Origin: the human T2T-CHM13v2.0 reference genome, Homo sapiens
Length of the DNA stretch: 64,000 nt
NCBI RefSeq assembly: GCF_009914755.1
Contig: NC_060928.1
Reading direction: 5' to 3' (one strand)
Part shown: piece after piece, positions 14,502 to 31,830 of the stretch
How the letters are laid out: each line of letters begins with the position of its first letter
Position numbering within the stretch: the stretch's first letter is position 1
Notes under the pieces: generated by a model
Told to the model about the DNA's origin: nothing
Databases searched by the model: none
Seen by the model: the letters and a program-made list of their open reading frames with translations, nothing else
Position numbers and translations under genes: made by a program

Positions 14502-14798
14502 CTATCACCACAATGAGATTTAACAGTGGAGATGTCAGGGAAATTCAAATCAAAAACACAATGAGCTATAACCACAATGAGATTTAATAGGTGAAATGCT
14601 TATTATAAAAAAGATGAAAGATGACAAGTGTTGGAGAGGATATGGAGAAAAGAGAATCCTGTATACTATTCAGTAGAATGTGAATTGGTATAGACACGGT
14701 GAAAAGAGTATGAAGCATCCTCAAAAATTTCAAAATAGAACTACCATATGATCCACAAATCCACTTTAGTGTATATATTTAAAAAAAAATTGAAATCA

Positions 14799-15090
14799 GG
14801 CCAGGCATAGTTACTCACATTTGTAATCCTGGGACTTTGGGAGGCTGAGGTGGGAGGATTGCTTCAGCCCAGGAGTTTGAGATCAGCCCTGGCAACATAG
14901 TGAAATCCCTTCTCTACAAACAAATTAAAAATTAGCTGGGTGTGGTGGCAAACAGTTGTGGTTCCAGCTACTAGGGAAGCTGAGATGAGAGGATTGCTTG
15001 AACCTGGGAGGTCAAAGTGATAGTGAGCCATGGTTGTGCCAACATACTCCAGCCTGGGCAACACAGTAAAACGCTGTTTCAAAAAAATAA
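14799..15090 (+). mobile_element. AluJ
   Basis: GGAGGATTGCTTCAGCCCAGGAGTTTGAG J-type motifs. Confidence 0.92.
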
Positions 15091-16034
15091 AGGGAAAATC
15101 AGGAACTCAAAGAGATATCTGCACTAACAAGTTCATTCCGACATTATTTACAGTAGCCAAGATATGAAAGCAACATAAAATAAATATACATCAATGGATG
15201 AATAGATAAATGTGGCATATACGGCAATATAATATTATTCAGCCCTATAAAAGGAGGACAATTTCACCATTTGTGACAACATAAATGAATCTGGAAGATA
15301 TTATTCTAAAGTTAAGTAAGCCAGACACAGAAGGACAAATGCTACATGATCCTACTTACAAGAGGAATGTAAAGTAATTCAACTCATAGAATTAGAGAAT
15401 AGAATGGTGAATGTCAAGGCTGAACAGAAGGAACAATGGGAAGGTATTAGCCAAAGGTTGCAAGGTTTCAGTTATGCAACAAGAATAGATCCTAGAAATC
15501 TACTGAGCAGCCTTGTGCCTGTGGCTAATTATACTGTCTTGTATACTTACAAATTTAAAACAGTGTATCTTAAGTTGTAAAAAGGTAAGAAGAAATTACT
15601 AACACCATTATTTTCTCTTCATTCTACAACATGACATCTTTATTCTCCTGGATAAGTTGGTTTACTTTCTCCCAATAGTAGCAGGTCTTCCCTTGTTTTA
15701 ATCAATGAATTGTCCTAATGAAGAGCATACTTTAGCTGTGTCCATATACAGGCTGTCAATTAATGTTGCTTTCTGTCTCCTTTGAAGACGTTTCTATTAT
15801 TATTAATATTAATGGGTTAATGGGTACAAAAGATATAATGATCAGTAGACAAAAGATAGAATAGTACTAATTAAAAGCATATGAAAATGTTCAACCTCAC
15901 TAGTAATATAAAATTTAAATGAAATTGAAAAACCACATTTGCACTCAACTAAGCAACTAAAATAAAAGATTATAATCCATGGTACATGTGTGTGCATATG
16001 TATATATGTATGATGTATTTATTATATTCTATAT

Positions 16035-16235
16035 CTGTATATCTAATACAGCAGCCACTAGTTATATATGGTTATTTAATTTTAAATTTAAATTAATTCA
16101 AATTTAAACATTCATTTCTTCAGCTGCACTAGCCACATTTAAAGGGCTAAAAAGCCACATGTGATTAGTCACTACCATATTGAATGTCACAGAAATATAG
16201 AACATTTCATTCATCATAGAAAGAAAATTTATAAT
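16035..16235 (-). mobile_element. MER3 hAT-Charlie MITE
   Basis: CACTAGCCACATTT...AGCCACATGTG...ATATAGAACATTTC...CATCATAGAAAG. Confidence 0.75.
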
Positions 16236-17254
16236 ATACAGCACATTTGTGCAGGACGAAGAGAAAGAGTTTCCAAAAACCAAATTACATAAGAGTTTTT
16301 AAAACTTCTTTTTGGTTAAATGTAGTGTAAAGAAAAAGAAACTTTTAATAAAAGCAGGCTGTGCTTACATTTTAATAAACTAGAGCTCAGATATGAAAGA
16401 GTTCCTGGTCATACAAATAAAAAGAAACCTAATCTTTACAGGCAGGTCTTTGGTTTAAGCAGAAAATAAACACTTCTTTGACAATATTTCTGAATATCAA
16501 AAGGTAAACTTAAATTTAATTGCATAAAGAATATTATATAAAGTAAACATTCACATAATAAAGATAAACTTTTTATTTGTCCTTTTACAGTTTCTAGATA
16601 ATTTATACACATGAAATATAAAACTTATGTTCAAAATGTTGGACCAAGATGCTATTATGAAACATTTCATTTGATCAACTTCATTTTTCTATAGCGTCAT
16701 TTAATTTAATGAAGTGCCCATTTGGTGATAAAAAGAAATTGTAAGCTTTCCTGATAGAATAACACATTATCAATGCACCCTTATGTCAAAACCAACCTTA
16801 TATTTTGTCAAGGTTGGTGTCTCACAGTTACTTCAATCCTATTTAAAATGTAATAATATACAACAATCTTACTTGTTACCATGTGAGATAAATTGAATAC
16901 TTTCCATTTCAATTTCTTTGAAACTGTTTAAAAGCAAAACCAAAACAAACAGTTCTGCTACTTTTAAAGGAGGAATATGCCTGATAGTTTTTAGACTAAT
17001 ACTGTGAAGAATCAAACAGTACTTTTCTTTCCTGAACCAGATTGCATTTTATAGATCCACATGCTCTTCAACTACATTTGGATGTATTTATATATGAAGA
17101 AAAACACCTACACCCTTCCTTTATGCCTATATGTGAAGCTTTGAGTAATATTGATGAAGGAGAAACAACATGGCCAGGGTAAAAGAGGTAGAATAAGCTT
17201 TCCACTGATTACCTATGCCTCTCAAGGTGGCAGGAAACCTGTGCTCTTTTGCAT

Positions 17255-17490
17255 TACTGAAATCTCACAAACTAGCCCAAAGCTCAGAGTGTGGTGAATC
17301 ACCAAAACTATTTAAAAAACGATGTTGAGTTAGGTCATGTCATCTTGAGCAAAATGATCTGTATGAGTCTCATTTTGCCATTTCTATCAAAAAAAGAGAT
17401 ACTAATACTCACTTGTTTGGAAAATAAAATGTTGATTGGCACACATAATGGCTTTCAAATAGCTGGTACTTGATAAATTGAATTATCTGT
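17255..17490 (+). mobile_element. MIR SINE (degenerate)
   Basis: TCTTGAGCAAA...GTCTCATTTTGCCATTTCTA...TGGCACACATAA. Confidence 0.55.
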
Positions 17491-19515
17491 GTTTTTATTT
17501 GAAATATTATTTCTAATTATCAAACAATATTTTTTGCAAAAACAAATACTAGGCATCAGCAAACTGGAGGTAATGACAATTATTGGAAAAAAGAGTCTTT
17601 CATATTGAAATTACATTAGATATGTAGATAAGTGGGGACAATGCTAGGTTGCTGGCCCTGTCACCATATGCCTTCTCTTCTCTGTTGATGAAAAAAGTCA
17701 AACTCTGTAAAATATTTGAAGAGATTCGTGCTGAGCAAAATGTGGGAACTATGACCCATGAAACAGCCTCAGGAGGTCCTGAGAACATGTGTCCACAGTA
17801 GTTAGGTTACAGCTTGGTTTTATGTTTTAGGGAGACATAAGACAGTGCATGTGAGTTATATATTAGTTTGGTCCAGAAAGGCTGGACAACTTGAAGCCAG
17901 GGGGCTTCCAGGTCATAGGCAAATTCAAAGATTTCCTGATTGGTATTTGAGTGAAAGAGTTATTATCTAAACACCTGAAAATAATAGAATGGAGTGTCTG
18001 AATTAAGATAAGCATTGTGAACATCAAGGATCTTATTATGTAGATGAAGTCTCACAAGTGGCCACCATTAGAAGCACTCAAGGGCAAATATTTCCTATGC
18101 AAACCATTAAAAGATTCCAGAATCTAGAATAACCAGTAAGTAAAAAAAAATCTCAGCAAAATGCAAAACATTTCCTGTAAAAGAGACAGCTGTGCAGGGT
18201 AATTCTAAAATATGTCAGAGTGAATTCAGCACCTTCAACTAAAGTATCCAGGTTCTTGCATTGGGAATAAATAGGCAAGCAGCTTGACCCATGGGGATCA
18301 AGGAGAAGCAGCGGTGGGGCGATCATGGTCCACCCAGGATTGGCGTGGAACCAAGGGAACACCCACCCACAGCCAGGGGAGGTGGTGAGTGATTGTGTGA
18401 CCCTGCCTGGGAAGCCAACCACACTTCTCCCATGGATCTCTGCAACCCGAGGATCACGAGATCCCCTTGTGAGCTCACACATCCAGGACTTTGGTTCTGA
18501 TACATGGAGCTGTGTGGAATCCCAGCAGGGCAGCCACCCAGGCATGCAGAGACCAAAGAGTTTTACATATTCTGGCCCCCAGATCACTGCCAAGGCAGAA
18601 AATCCATTTGTATATATTCCTAGGAAGGGGACTGAATTTAGGGAACCAAGAAGCATCATTCTGTGGGCCCCATTTCCATGACACCTCATGGGTAGGAACC
18701 CACTGGCTTGGAATCTCAGCCAGACAGTGAGAGCAGGCTGAAGTCCACCTGAGATGGGACCAAGTTCCTTGGGGGAAGAGTGGCCGCCATCTCTGTGGTT
18801 CAGGGGACTCAGCTGTGCCAGCCTGCTGACTGTGCAGAGTGCAGATGGTCCACACCAGGAGGGGGCACCACAGCAGCACAGCTGCCTTGCTAGATCATGG
18901 CCAGACTGTTTCTTTAACCAGGGCCCCAAACCACTCCTCCTCACTGCCGGGGACCTTTGTTCTGGGACAAAGCTCTGATCTCTCCCTGGGAGGGAGCTCC
19001 TGAAGGGAGGGCAGCCACCATCTCTGACAGTCCATAGACTTAGCCATTCCAGCCTGCCAGCTGTGGAGACTATAGACAGATGGGAAAAAAGGGTCCCTCC
19101 CAGTGCAACATGCCTGCTCTACCAAGAAGCAGCCAGGTTGCTGCTTTGGGTCGGTCCCTGATCCCATCCCTTCTGAGTAGGTGAGATCTCCCAGCTGGGG
19201 TTCCAGCCACCTCCTGCAGGTGCCTGTGGGCGGGTGGCAGGTTGGTGCCCCCCAGGATGGATATTCCAGAGTTGGGGAGCTGGCTGCCCTCTTTGTCATT
19301 TTGTGGACTTCAGTGGTAATACCACCAGGTGCAAGAGAAGCCAAGGTGAATGGGGAATGGAGCAGACTCCAGCAAACCACAGCAGCCCTACAGTAGAATG
19401 GTCTGACTGTTAAAAGAAAAACAAACAGAAAACAACAACTACGACAAAAGACTCCCCAAAAACGCCACTCTAAGTTCAGAAACCTCAAAGATCAAAAGTA
19501 GATAAGCCCACAAAG

Positions 19516-20536
19516 ATGAGAACGAATCAACGCAAAAACTCTGAAAACTCAAAAAGCCAGAATGTTTCTTATCCTCCAAATGACCAAAACACCTCTCCAA
19601 TAAGGGCACAGAACTGGGCTGAGGCAGAGACGGCTGAATTGATAGAAATAGACTTCAAAAGGTGGGTAATAATGAGCTTCACTGAGCTAAGTGAGAATGT
19701 TGTAACCCAGTGCAAAGAAGCTAAGAATCATGATAAAACAATAGAGGAGCTGAAAGCCAGAATAGTGAGTTTAGAGAAGAATATAACCAACCTGATGAAG
19801 TTGAAAAACACAACATGAGAAATGCACAATGAAATCACAAGTATTAATAGCATAATAGACCAAGTGAAGGAAATAATCTCAGAGCTTGAAGACTATCTTT
19901 GTGAAATAAGACAGGCAGACAAGAATAGAGAAAAAGAATGAAAAGGAATGAATAAAACCTGCAAGAATTATGGGATTATGTAAAGAGACTGAACCTATGA
20001 CAGATTGGAATATCTGAAACAAATGGGGACAAAGGAACCAAGACGGGAAACATACTTCAGGATATCATCCAGGAGAACTTTCCCAACCTAGCAAGATGGG
20101 CCAACATTCAAATTCAGAAAATCCAGAGAACCCCGGTAAGATACTCTATGAGAAGATCAACTCCAAGACATACATAATCATCAGATTCTCCAATATCAAA
20201 ACGAGAAAAAAAATGTTAAAGGCAGCCAGAGAGAAAGGCCAGGTCATCTACAAAGGGAAACCCATCAGACTAACAGTGGACTTCTCAGCAAAAATTCTAC
20301 AAGCCAGAAGAGATTGGGGGCCAATATTGAACATTCTTAAAGAAAATAACTTTTAACTCAGAATTTCATATCTGGCCAAACTAAGCTTCATAAGTGAAGG
20401 AGAAATAAGATCCTTTTCAGACAAGCAAATGCTGAAGGAATTTGTCACCACCAGACCTGCCTGTCTTGCAAGAGCTCCTGAAGGAAGAATTAAATATGGA
20501 AAAGAAAAACTGTTACCAGCCTCTACAAAAACACAT
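19516..20536 (+). pseudogene. L1 ORF1p remnant
   Basis: MRTNQRKNSENSK... and IIIRFS...MLKAAREKGQVIYKGKPIRLTVDFS; disrupted. Confidence 0.92.
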
Positions 20537-20575
20537 AGTGTCTCCCACTATTACTGTGTAGGAGTCTAAGTCCCT

Positions 20576-20700
20576 ACCTAATGTAGATGGCGGGTTGATG
20601 GGTGCAGCAAACCACTATGGCACATGTATACCTGTGTAACAAACCTGCACGTTCTGCTCATGTATCCCAGAACTTAAAGTATAACAAAAAATAATAATAA
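20576..20700 (+). mobile_element. Short younger L1PA (PA5-7-like) 3' end nested in the L1
   Basis: ACCTAATGTAGATG...GCAGCAAACCAC...CAGAACTTAAAGTATAA plus A-rich tail. Confidence 0.88.
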
Positions 20701-24130
<3,430 letters not shown>

Positions 24131-24799
24131 GTGAGCTGAATGATGAGAACACATGGACACACGGGAGGGAAGAACACACACTGGGCACCTGTGTGTCTGT
24201 TGAGGGAGCATTGCGAAGAATAGCTAATGAATGCTGGGCTTAATACTGGGTGATGGGTTAATCTGTGCAGTAAACCACCATGGCGTACGTTTACCTATGT
24301 AACAAATGTGCACATCCTGCACATGTACCCATGAACTTAAAATAAAAGATCCAAATAAAAAAGGACAAAAAAATAAACTATTTCAAATAAATATATTTTG
24401 AGGTAAATACTTTTATATCCTTCAGGACCTGCTATCATGTGATGCTCTACTAGAGTTATGATGGAATTTAGTATCTTATTGCTACAAAGAATCTGTCTGT
24501 CAGTCTTAAGATCTTTGTTTTTATGTTAATTCTGGTCAGTTGTGCCTGAATTCCAAAGGAAGGGAGTATGAGGAAACATGTCCAACTCCCACTTCTCACC
24601 ATGGCCTGAATGAGTTTTCAGATTTCTTTGGAATGCCTTTGGCCAAGAAGAGAAGTCCATGCAGTCAGCTGGGTCTTAGAATTCTAATTTTGGTTTACAT
24701 CTCTCATAGAAAACAAGAACTCCTTAGTAAATCTGAAGAGAATTTGAGAAATCCCATTTTTTTCATAAAGAAAGAAACTAAAGATTGATAGGTTCTAAG

Positions 24800-25027
24800 G
24801 TCTTCTGGTTCTTCAGACTTGGGCTCTGACTCCTGTTCCACAAGTTACAATGTGTTATTTTGACACAATTATTTCTAAGTTTTACTTTTTAAAATATCTC
24901 AAAATGAGGAAAACATTTCTAGTTATTTTAGAAGACTATTGTGAGAAGTAAAGGAAATTATACATTATATTTATCTGGTGACTTGCTCATATCAAGTAAT
25001 CAGTTAATTATTATAATGATGATTATT
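24800..25027 (+). mobile_element. MIR SINE (degenerate)
   Basis: AAAATGAGGA...TATTGTGAGAAGTAAA and (TTA/TGA) tail. Confidence 0.55.
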
Positions 25028-25809
25028 TCACATTAACAATTTCCATACAAAATCTTAACCTTGAAAAAGGCCTATGGTTTGAGATCAGCAAAATTATTTT
25101 CAGGATATATTCAAAGGACTTTGTTTTAAACTTTGCCCTTTTATAATAACAGCCTGGGCCACGTTTTTCAAGAGTTACTATTCAAAACTGCTTTACTATC
25201 ATTACTTCTTACATTAACACATTTTGGTGTCCAATCTAGTTTTGTACCATAGCCCCAAGATGTCTCAAATATGCATGGAATATATGTACTTTTCAACCTT
25301 ACATTGCAAATTAATTGTTGAAACATGTAAATCATGCTTTCAAGCTTAAGAGCTTTATTTACTCTGCTATAAATAATCCTCAGAACTGTGTTTTGCATTT
25401 AGCTATTGTTAGGCTTTGAGTAGTCTTAGACTTCCTTCTGTAAATAAAAAACAAGGTTTCTTCAAGTCAGTGACCTTTAACAATAAAAAGTCACTTTTAC
25501 TATGGTAGGAAATTACTAAAGAAAAATATGCCATACCAGGTAGTTGAGAAGATAAACAACTATAGTGTTCTTGGAAATAAAGTTCCTTTGTGTCAATCTA
25601 TATAACACTTCCCAACAGATTTAAATAACATGCAGTCCTTATGTAAAAACAGAAGTAGGCATAATATATTTTTTTCAGTTTCCTTCCAAATCAAGAATTT
25701 TTGCCTATCATAAAATGCATAGTTAATTTTAATTGCAAATTATGAATTAAATATCAACCATGGGTTTCAGAAAAGTCTAATTGATAAGAATATCAGCTTT
25801 GGAATAATT

Positions 25810-26020
25810 TCTGGAGATGCCAGTCCTGTAATTCCTGGCAAGGTGTTCTATAATTTGAACTGTAACTTTACTCCCCTGTAAAATATGAAAAATAGCAACT
25901 AATTCAAGTAATTGTGGGATTAAATGAGGTAATACATGCACAATGTTTAGCACATAAATTGAATAAATTACTGAATAATTCTCACCTCTACCTAAAATTA
26001 TCATTATTTATTATCATTAT
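25810..26020 (+). mobile_element. MIR SINE
   Basis: CTGTAAAAT...TTGTGGGATTAAATGAGGTAATACATG...TTAGCACA. Confidence 0.65.
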
Positions 26021-26253
26021 CTTTTTTTATTAGCTAAGTATTGGTCTGGTGCCAAAGATAAAACGTATTAGGTAGACTACTGTCCAAACCAAATATTTCT
26101 TTATTAATTCAGTCTTTACCTACTCATAAAGTTTCCCTTTCCTCATTTTTATGACATTCTGCCTTGAATTTTGTGTGGTTCCTTATGTGTCCACCTCTGT
26201 CCTGGAGATAGTAAGATTCTTGAGGTTCATATTATCCTCAAAGAACTTTTTAC

Positions 26254-26544
26254 TTTTTTTTTTTTTTTTTTTCAGAGAAAGGGTCTCACTCTGTCACTCT
26301 AGCTGAAGTGCAGTGACACAATCATAGCTCACTGAAGCCTTGAACTCCTGGGCTCAAGTGATCCTCCCAACTAGTTAGGACTATAGGCACATGCCATTAT
26401 GCCTGGCTAATTAAAAAAATATATTGTAGAGATTGGGGTCTCTCCATGCTGCCGAGGATGGTTTCAAACTCCTGGCCTCAAGCAATTCTTCTACCTCAGC
26501 CTCTCAAAGCACTGGGATTACAGGCATGAACCACAGCACTGGCC
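26254..26544 (-). mobile_element. AluJ
   Basis: Poly-T then ATCATAGCTCACTGAAGCCTTGAACTCCTGGGCTCAAG; small internal deletion. Confidence 0.92.
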
Positions 26545-26761
26545 TCTATTCTCTAAGAACTTTACCCATACAGTGCTCCTTCCCCTCTAGTAGGTCTAGC
26601 ACAGCACCCTGTATATGCCATGGGCACAAACACATTTAGAAAGGAGAGTTAAAGAGGGCATGGAAACAAAAGGAGTGGAATGAAATAACATGAAATGAAA
26701 AGATGAAATGAAAACAGACTAAATAAGGAAGTTCTCTGCTATAGAAAGAAAAAGATTCTAG

Positions 26762-26952
26762 TTCCTTCTCCTTCTCTCTTTTCCTTCCTTCCTTCCTCCT
26801 TCTTTCTTTTCTTTCCTTCTTTCTTTCTTTCTTTTTCTTTCTTTCTCTTCCTTTCTCTCTTTTCTTTCTTTATTTCTTTCTTTCCTTTCTTTCTCCCCTT
26901 CCTTCCTTCCTTTCTTTTTCTTTCTTTCTTCCTTCCTTCCTTCCTTCCTTCT

Positions 26953-27012
<60 letters not shown>

Positions 27013-27135
27013 TTTCTTTCTTTCTTTCTTTTTCTTTCTTTCTTTCTTTCTTTCTTTTCTTTCTTTCTTTCTTTTCTTTTCCTTTCCTTTCTTTTCTTCC
27101 TTTTTCTTTTCTTTTCTTCCTTTTTCTTTTCTTTC
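26762..27135. repeat. Compound (TTTC)n/(TTCC)n polypyrimidine tract
   Basis: About 370 bp almost purely C/T. Confidence 0.97.
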
Positions 27136-27456
27136 AGAATTCTTGAAGTAATTCTTTCAGAAGTTCTCCTAAGATTAGAAGTACTTTTGACCTACACATC
27201 TCAAAAAAATTGATCTCTTTAAATAGCTCTGATTAGGAAGGAAAAATGTTTTCATCTGAACATAAGTTTATAGTCATCATGCTTCAAAAATACAACATGA
27301 ACTAAAGCTGGAAATGTGATTTGATTATTAGGATATGCCCTGGTGAAATGATTATGTCACGTAACAGCTGGACTTAAAAAAATTTATACTTTTGAGTTAC
27401 TTTGATTTATTTTTATTGTTATTTTTTATTAATTGCATGATTAACAATTGCACGGC

Positions 27457-28025
27457 TGTAGATGGGTGTTACTTATCCAAAAGGCAATTTCCCCTTCCCC
27501 CTTGTTAATTGCCCCTTGATTTTTCTGTGTGTTCATAATTGTTTACATTCCTCAGAAAAAACATTGTCCCCAGACCCAGCCATTAAAAGTGAATCTTAAT
27601 TAAACTAAAACAATAATAATAATTTGAATCTCCCTTTCCAATAATTAAACTTGATAGCTAATGCAATGCAATTATGACCCATGAGGCATTGGATAAATTT
27701 TTTGTGCTTCTAGGAAATGTATTTTAGTTATTAATGAGCTTTTTGACACAAAAAGAAAGAGTGTTTCTTTTTTTGGCCTCCGAACAATAGTGCACGTGGT
27801 TGTAATCCTTGGAGTTACTGCAGCAATCTGGAAGCCAAGAGGTGAACTAATAGACCTGCTGAGGTTGGGAGGATAAAAAGATGGAAAGAATATGAGCTCC
27901 TAGTGACATTATTTGGATATAAATTCACCAGCATAACTTTTTATTATGTGAGATAATAAATACCATTATCAGCTAGCTATCTTGACTCTGGAGTTTTTGG
28001 TTACTTGTAAAAAAAAATACCAAAT
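27457..28025 (+). mobile_element. Old MLT1 (H-K group) LTR
   Basis: CTGCAGCAATCTGGAAGCCAAGAGG...TTATGTGAGATAATAAA...TTGGTTACTTG. Confidence 0.55.
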
Positions 28026-28666
28026 ATAATAGATCATATTTGTGGAGAAAACTAAAAGACGTTTTAGCTAATAGATGCTGGTCTACAGAATTTAAAAGTA
28101 GCAAATTATCAGTGAAAATATTTCTAAATTTAAATGTCATTCCCCAAGTGAATTAGATTGTTTTCTTCTCCATTTCCTTGAATCATTTTCCATCCTACCC
28201 TTTCTTATTTTCTTCCATGCTTTTATAAAAATCTTCTAGAACTCCCTGAATATAAATCTTTTATAAAGTGAGCAATTTATAACTGGAGAAAATAAATTGT
28301 GCTTTGTTCACTGTTTAATACAACTTTCAAAACACATTCCAAAGCATTTTCTGGGAATAATTAGCTCTAAGAAATTATATTTTGATTCTTTTAAAATTTG
28401 CATTAAAGAAATATTCTATCTGTAACTGCTGCATGAAAGTAACAGCTCATTAAAGATAATTCTAGAAGTATTTTCAAAAAATTCTATTAAACATAAGTGA
28501 AGCATCTTTTTAATATCATTATTATATCCAAGGGTAAAGCATTGTCAGAGAGTTGTTGTAAAGAAATGACAAGAAATGTAATTATGTTTTAATTTACACT
28601 TAGAGTACCATAACAGCCATATATATGAAAATACATTAAAACAACTGGCCCACAAATATAACGTAA

Positions 28667-29020
<354 letters not shown>

Positions 29021-31239
29021 TCAAAGCTAAGAAAAAAAATATAAAAAGAAATGTACTTGAGGAATGCACTTGGACTCTCATCTTATCCAAATGAGATAAA
29101 TGCTTAGATCTCATTGTGTTTGAAAAGACATACAAAATCAATTTCCTTAGTGATAAAAATAAATGTATTCCTAATCTACAAGTAATTGACATTCAGTGGT
29201 TAGAATTTAATTGCAATGCTTATTTAAGTAACCAATTTTAATGAAGGCAAAAGGTCATTTTTAGTAATCTTGAATTAAAAGAATAAATAAGACAGTAAAT
29301 TAATGCTTTGAGTTTTCACACTTTTTGAAAGGGAATGACCTCATCTCATTTTGCTGGTTTGAATAGAGATGTAAAGGCGGACTGACACTAAATTTAAATG
29401 TTTCTTATAAATGTGAGCATTTACTCTAAGTATTCAATTTTCAAAGATTATACTCGGAAATAATATTTTAGAAGCAAAATATAAGTGTCTTTTTAAATCT
29501 TGACTATAAATTAACTCATTGTATTTTATAAGAAATATTCTCTGATGACTGAATGTTGCCCCATGCACCATCGAAATTTATTTTAAAGATCTTTCAAAAT
29601 TGAAACATGCACTTTTGGTTTTTTTTGTGGGGTTTTTTTTTGGTGTCTTATGAGTTAAACTACAAATAGGCTCACTTGAATTTTGTGTGAAAAATAAAAA
29701 TTTCAAAATTTTAATAGCAATATGGCCATGTGGGTTATAATAGTATACTTATTAGATACACCAAGTTATGTCTATACTTACAATATGAAGCAGATCACTA
29801 CAATGGCAAAATAATTTCAGTATTGCTCTTTTTTAGTGGCTACTGTAGGCTTTCCCTTAGTTATGCATATAAGATAAAACTATGTAAAGTTTTAATATAG
29901 CCTTTAGATATATGATATTTAATGAAAACAAAAAGCAAAAAAATCTTAAGGTAGGTAAGGCCAAAAATGTAAACATATTTTCTATATGACTGGTTGAAGA
30001 GCTATATTTCCCTGTTAACTGCCCATTGTGTCTCAAATTTTTATTTTTAAACCTAAAACCATCTGACTTCAAGGCCACATTTTTGCATGGTTCAGAAGGG
30101 AAATTGTCTCTCTTTTTCTCTCTCTCATTCTGTCTTTATAGTGACTTAAAAAAGATCTTTAAAAACTATAGAGCTTGGAGATAAACTGCTTCCAGATGGG
30201 GTAAAACTTAGAGGTTGATCATGCTCTTCTATTACATTGATGTGGTAACAGAAACTTAGCTAAATAGCAGTGTCTTTGATAGCCATCTGTTAGACCTCCT
30301 TGATATAAGAGAATACTCATTTACACTTGTGTTGGAACACACTTAGATATTATATTCTAAGATAATAATATATTCTAAGATTCATTAATATTAGCTCAAG
30401 TGGGACTCAGCCCATGGAAAACTCCCTCTATTCCAAAATATTACAGGATGAAGTTAGAAACATCTGCAAACTTTGTGACTGTTCTTCCTTGAATCTTTAT
30501 TGGGGATCCAACGGGAAGGTAAATTTGGTCACATGATACTCTTTGGAACTGTTAAATGGTTGTACTATTCCTTGGAAAGCAGGCAGTAGCATATACTGAA
30601 CAGAAGTAGAGCAGGTAATTGTCTAAATTTTGTGTGTTTTAAGAGTTGATGAGTTGACTGACAATACAGTCATCTGGAAGCTACTATGAAGTTTAAAATT
30701 ATCTGTTTGACAATATTAACAATATTGTTTTTTAAGAATTTCCAACATATATTTTGTGAGTGGAAGAGAGCAGTTAATGCCTCAGCAAAATGAAGTTGTC
30801 TGATTAGCAAGCTTCAGAATAAAAGACTCCTTAGTACTTATTTATTGCATATAATAATATAATACATTATCATGCCATCTTCTAAAAATATCTTAAGCTA
30901 CTTTAATCTCAGATATAGTCATAGCATTTTAAGCAGTGGCATAGGCATGGTCACATAGATAGAAAGTCAACCAAGTTTAAATTAGTTCTAGCTCTTCTCT
31001 TCCTAAGCTTTCTTCTTCATACCTTACTGCTCAGGATCAAAAGAAAATTTCTGAATACAGAATGATAGAAGCAGAGGGGATGCTTGCAAAGAGACTGTAA
31101 TGGGAGACTTAAACTTCTGTGTCAGTGAAAAGACTTTGGTGTACTTTGGTGATGAATATTTCATGGAATAAGAGTGCCCTGAAACACCATTTGGGATGGA
31201 ACAATAACAAATATTTGCTTCTTCACAGTTTGGTTAAAC

Positions 31240-31830
31240 ATAGGTTTGCCAGGTAAAATACAGGAAGTTCAGTTGAATGTGGGTTTCAGATTGTATTAGT
31301 CCATTCTCACACTGCTATAAAGAGCTACACGAGACTGGGTAATTTATAAAGGAAAGAGATTTAATTCACTCACAGTTCTGCATGACTGAGGAGTCCTCAG
31401 GAAACTTACAATCATGGTGGAAGGGGAAGCAAACATGTCCTTCACATGACAGCAGGAGCAGGAGAGAGAAGTGCTGAGCAAAGGGGGAAAAGCCCCTTAT
31501 AAAACCAACAGATCTCATGAGAACTCACTCAATATCACAACAACATCAGCATGGGGGTAACTGCTCCCATGATTTAATTACCTTCCACAGGCCCCTCCTA
31601 TGACATGTGGGGGTTATAGGAACTACAAATAAAGATGAGATTTGGGTAGGAACACAGCCAAACCGTATCACAGATCAGCATTGAATAATGATCATTTTTA
31701 GTAGAAGTATATATTTATATACTTGTACTAAATAACTATATACTCATTCTAAAAATTACTTTTTTGTTAATCTGATGTTCAAATTTAACTGGACAATCTG
31801 TACTTTTATTTGCTAAATTTGCCAATCTTT
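31240..31830. mobile_element. MER53 palindromic hAT MITE split by THE1
   Basis: TAGGTTTGCCAGGTAAAATACAGG...TTCAGAT and ATCTGATGTTCAAATTTAACTGG...TTTGCCAATC. Confidence 0.78.
31292..31670 (-). mobile_element. THE1 (C/D-like) solo LTR
   Basis: TGTATTAGTCCATTCTCAC...ACAGCCAAACCGTATCA; perfect 5 bp TSD CAGAT. Confidence 0.93.

Noticed and set aside
18153-19488. 263 aa and 197 aa antisense ORFs
   Set aside because: They lie in the GC-rich L1 5' UTR, where stops are scarce; no recognisable domain and no resemblance I can see to L1 ORF0
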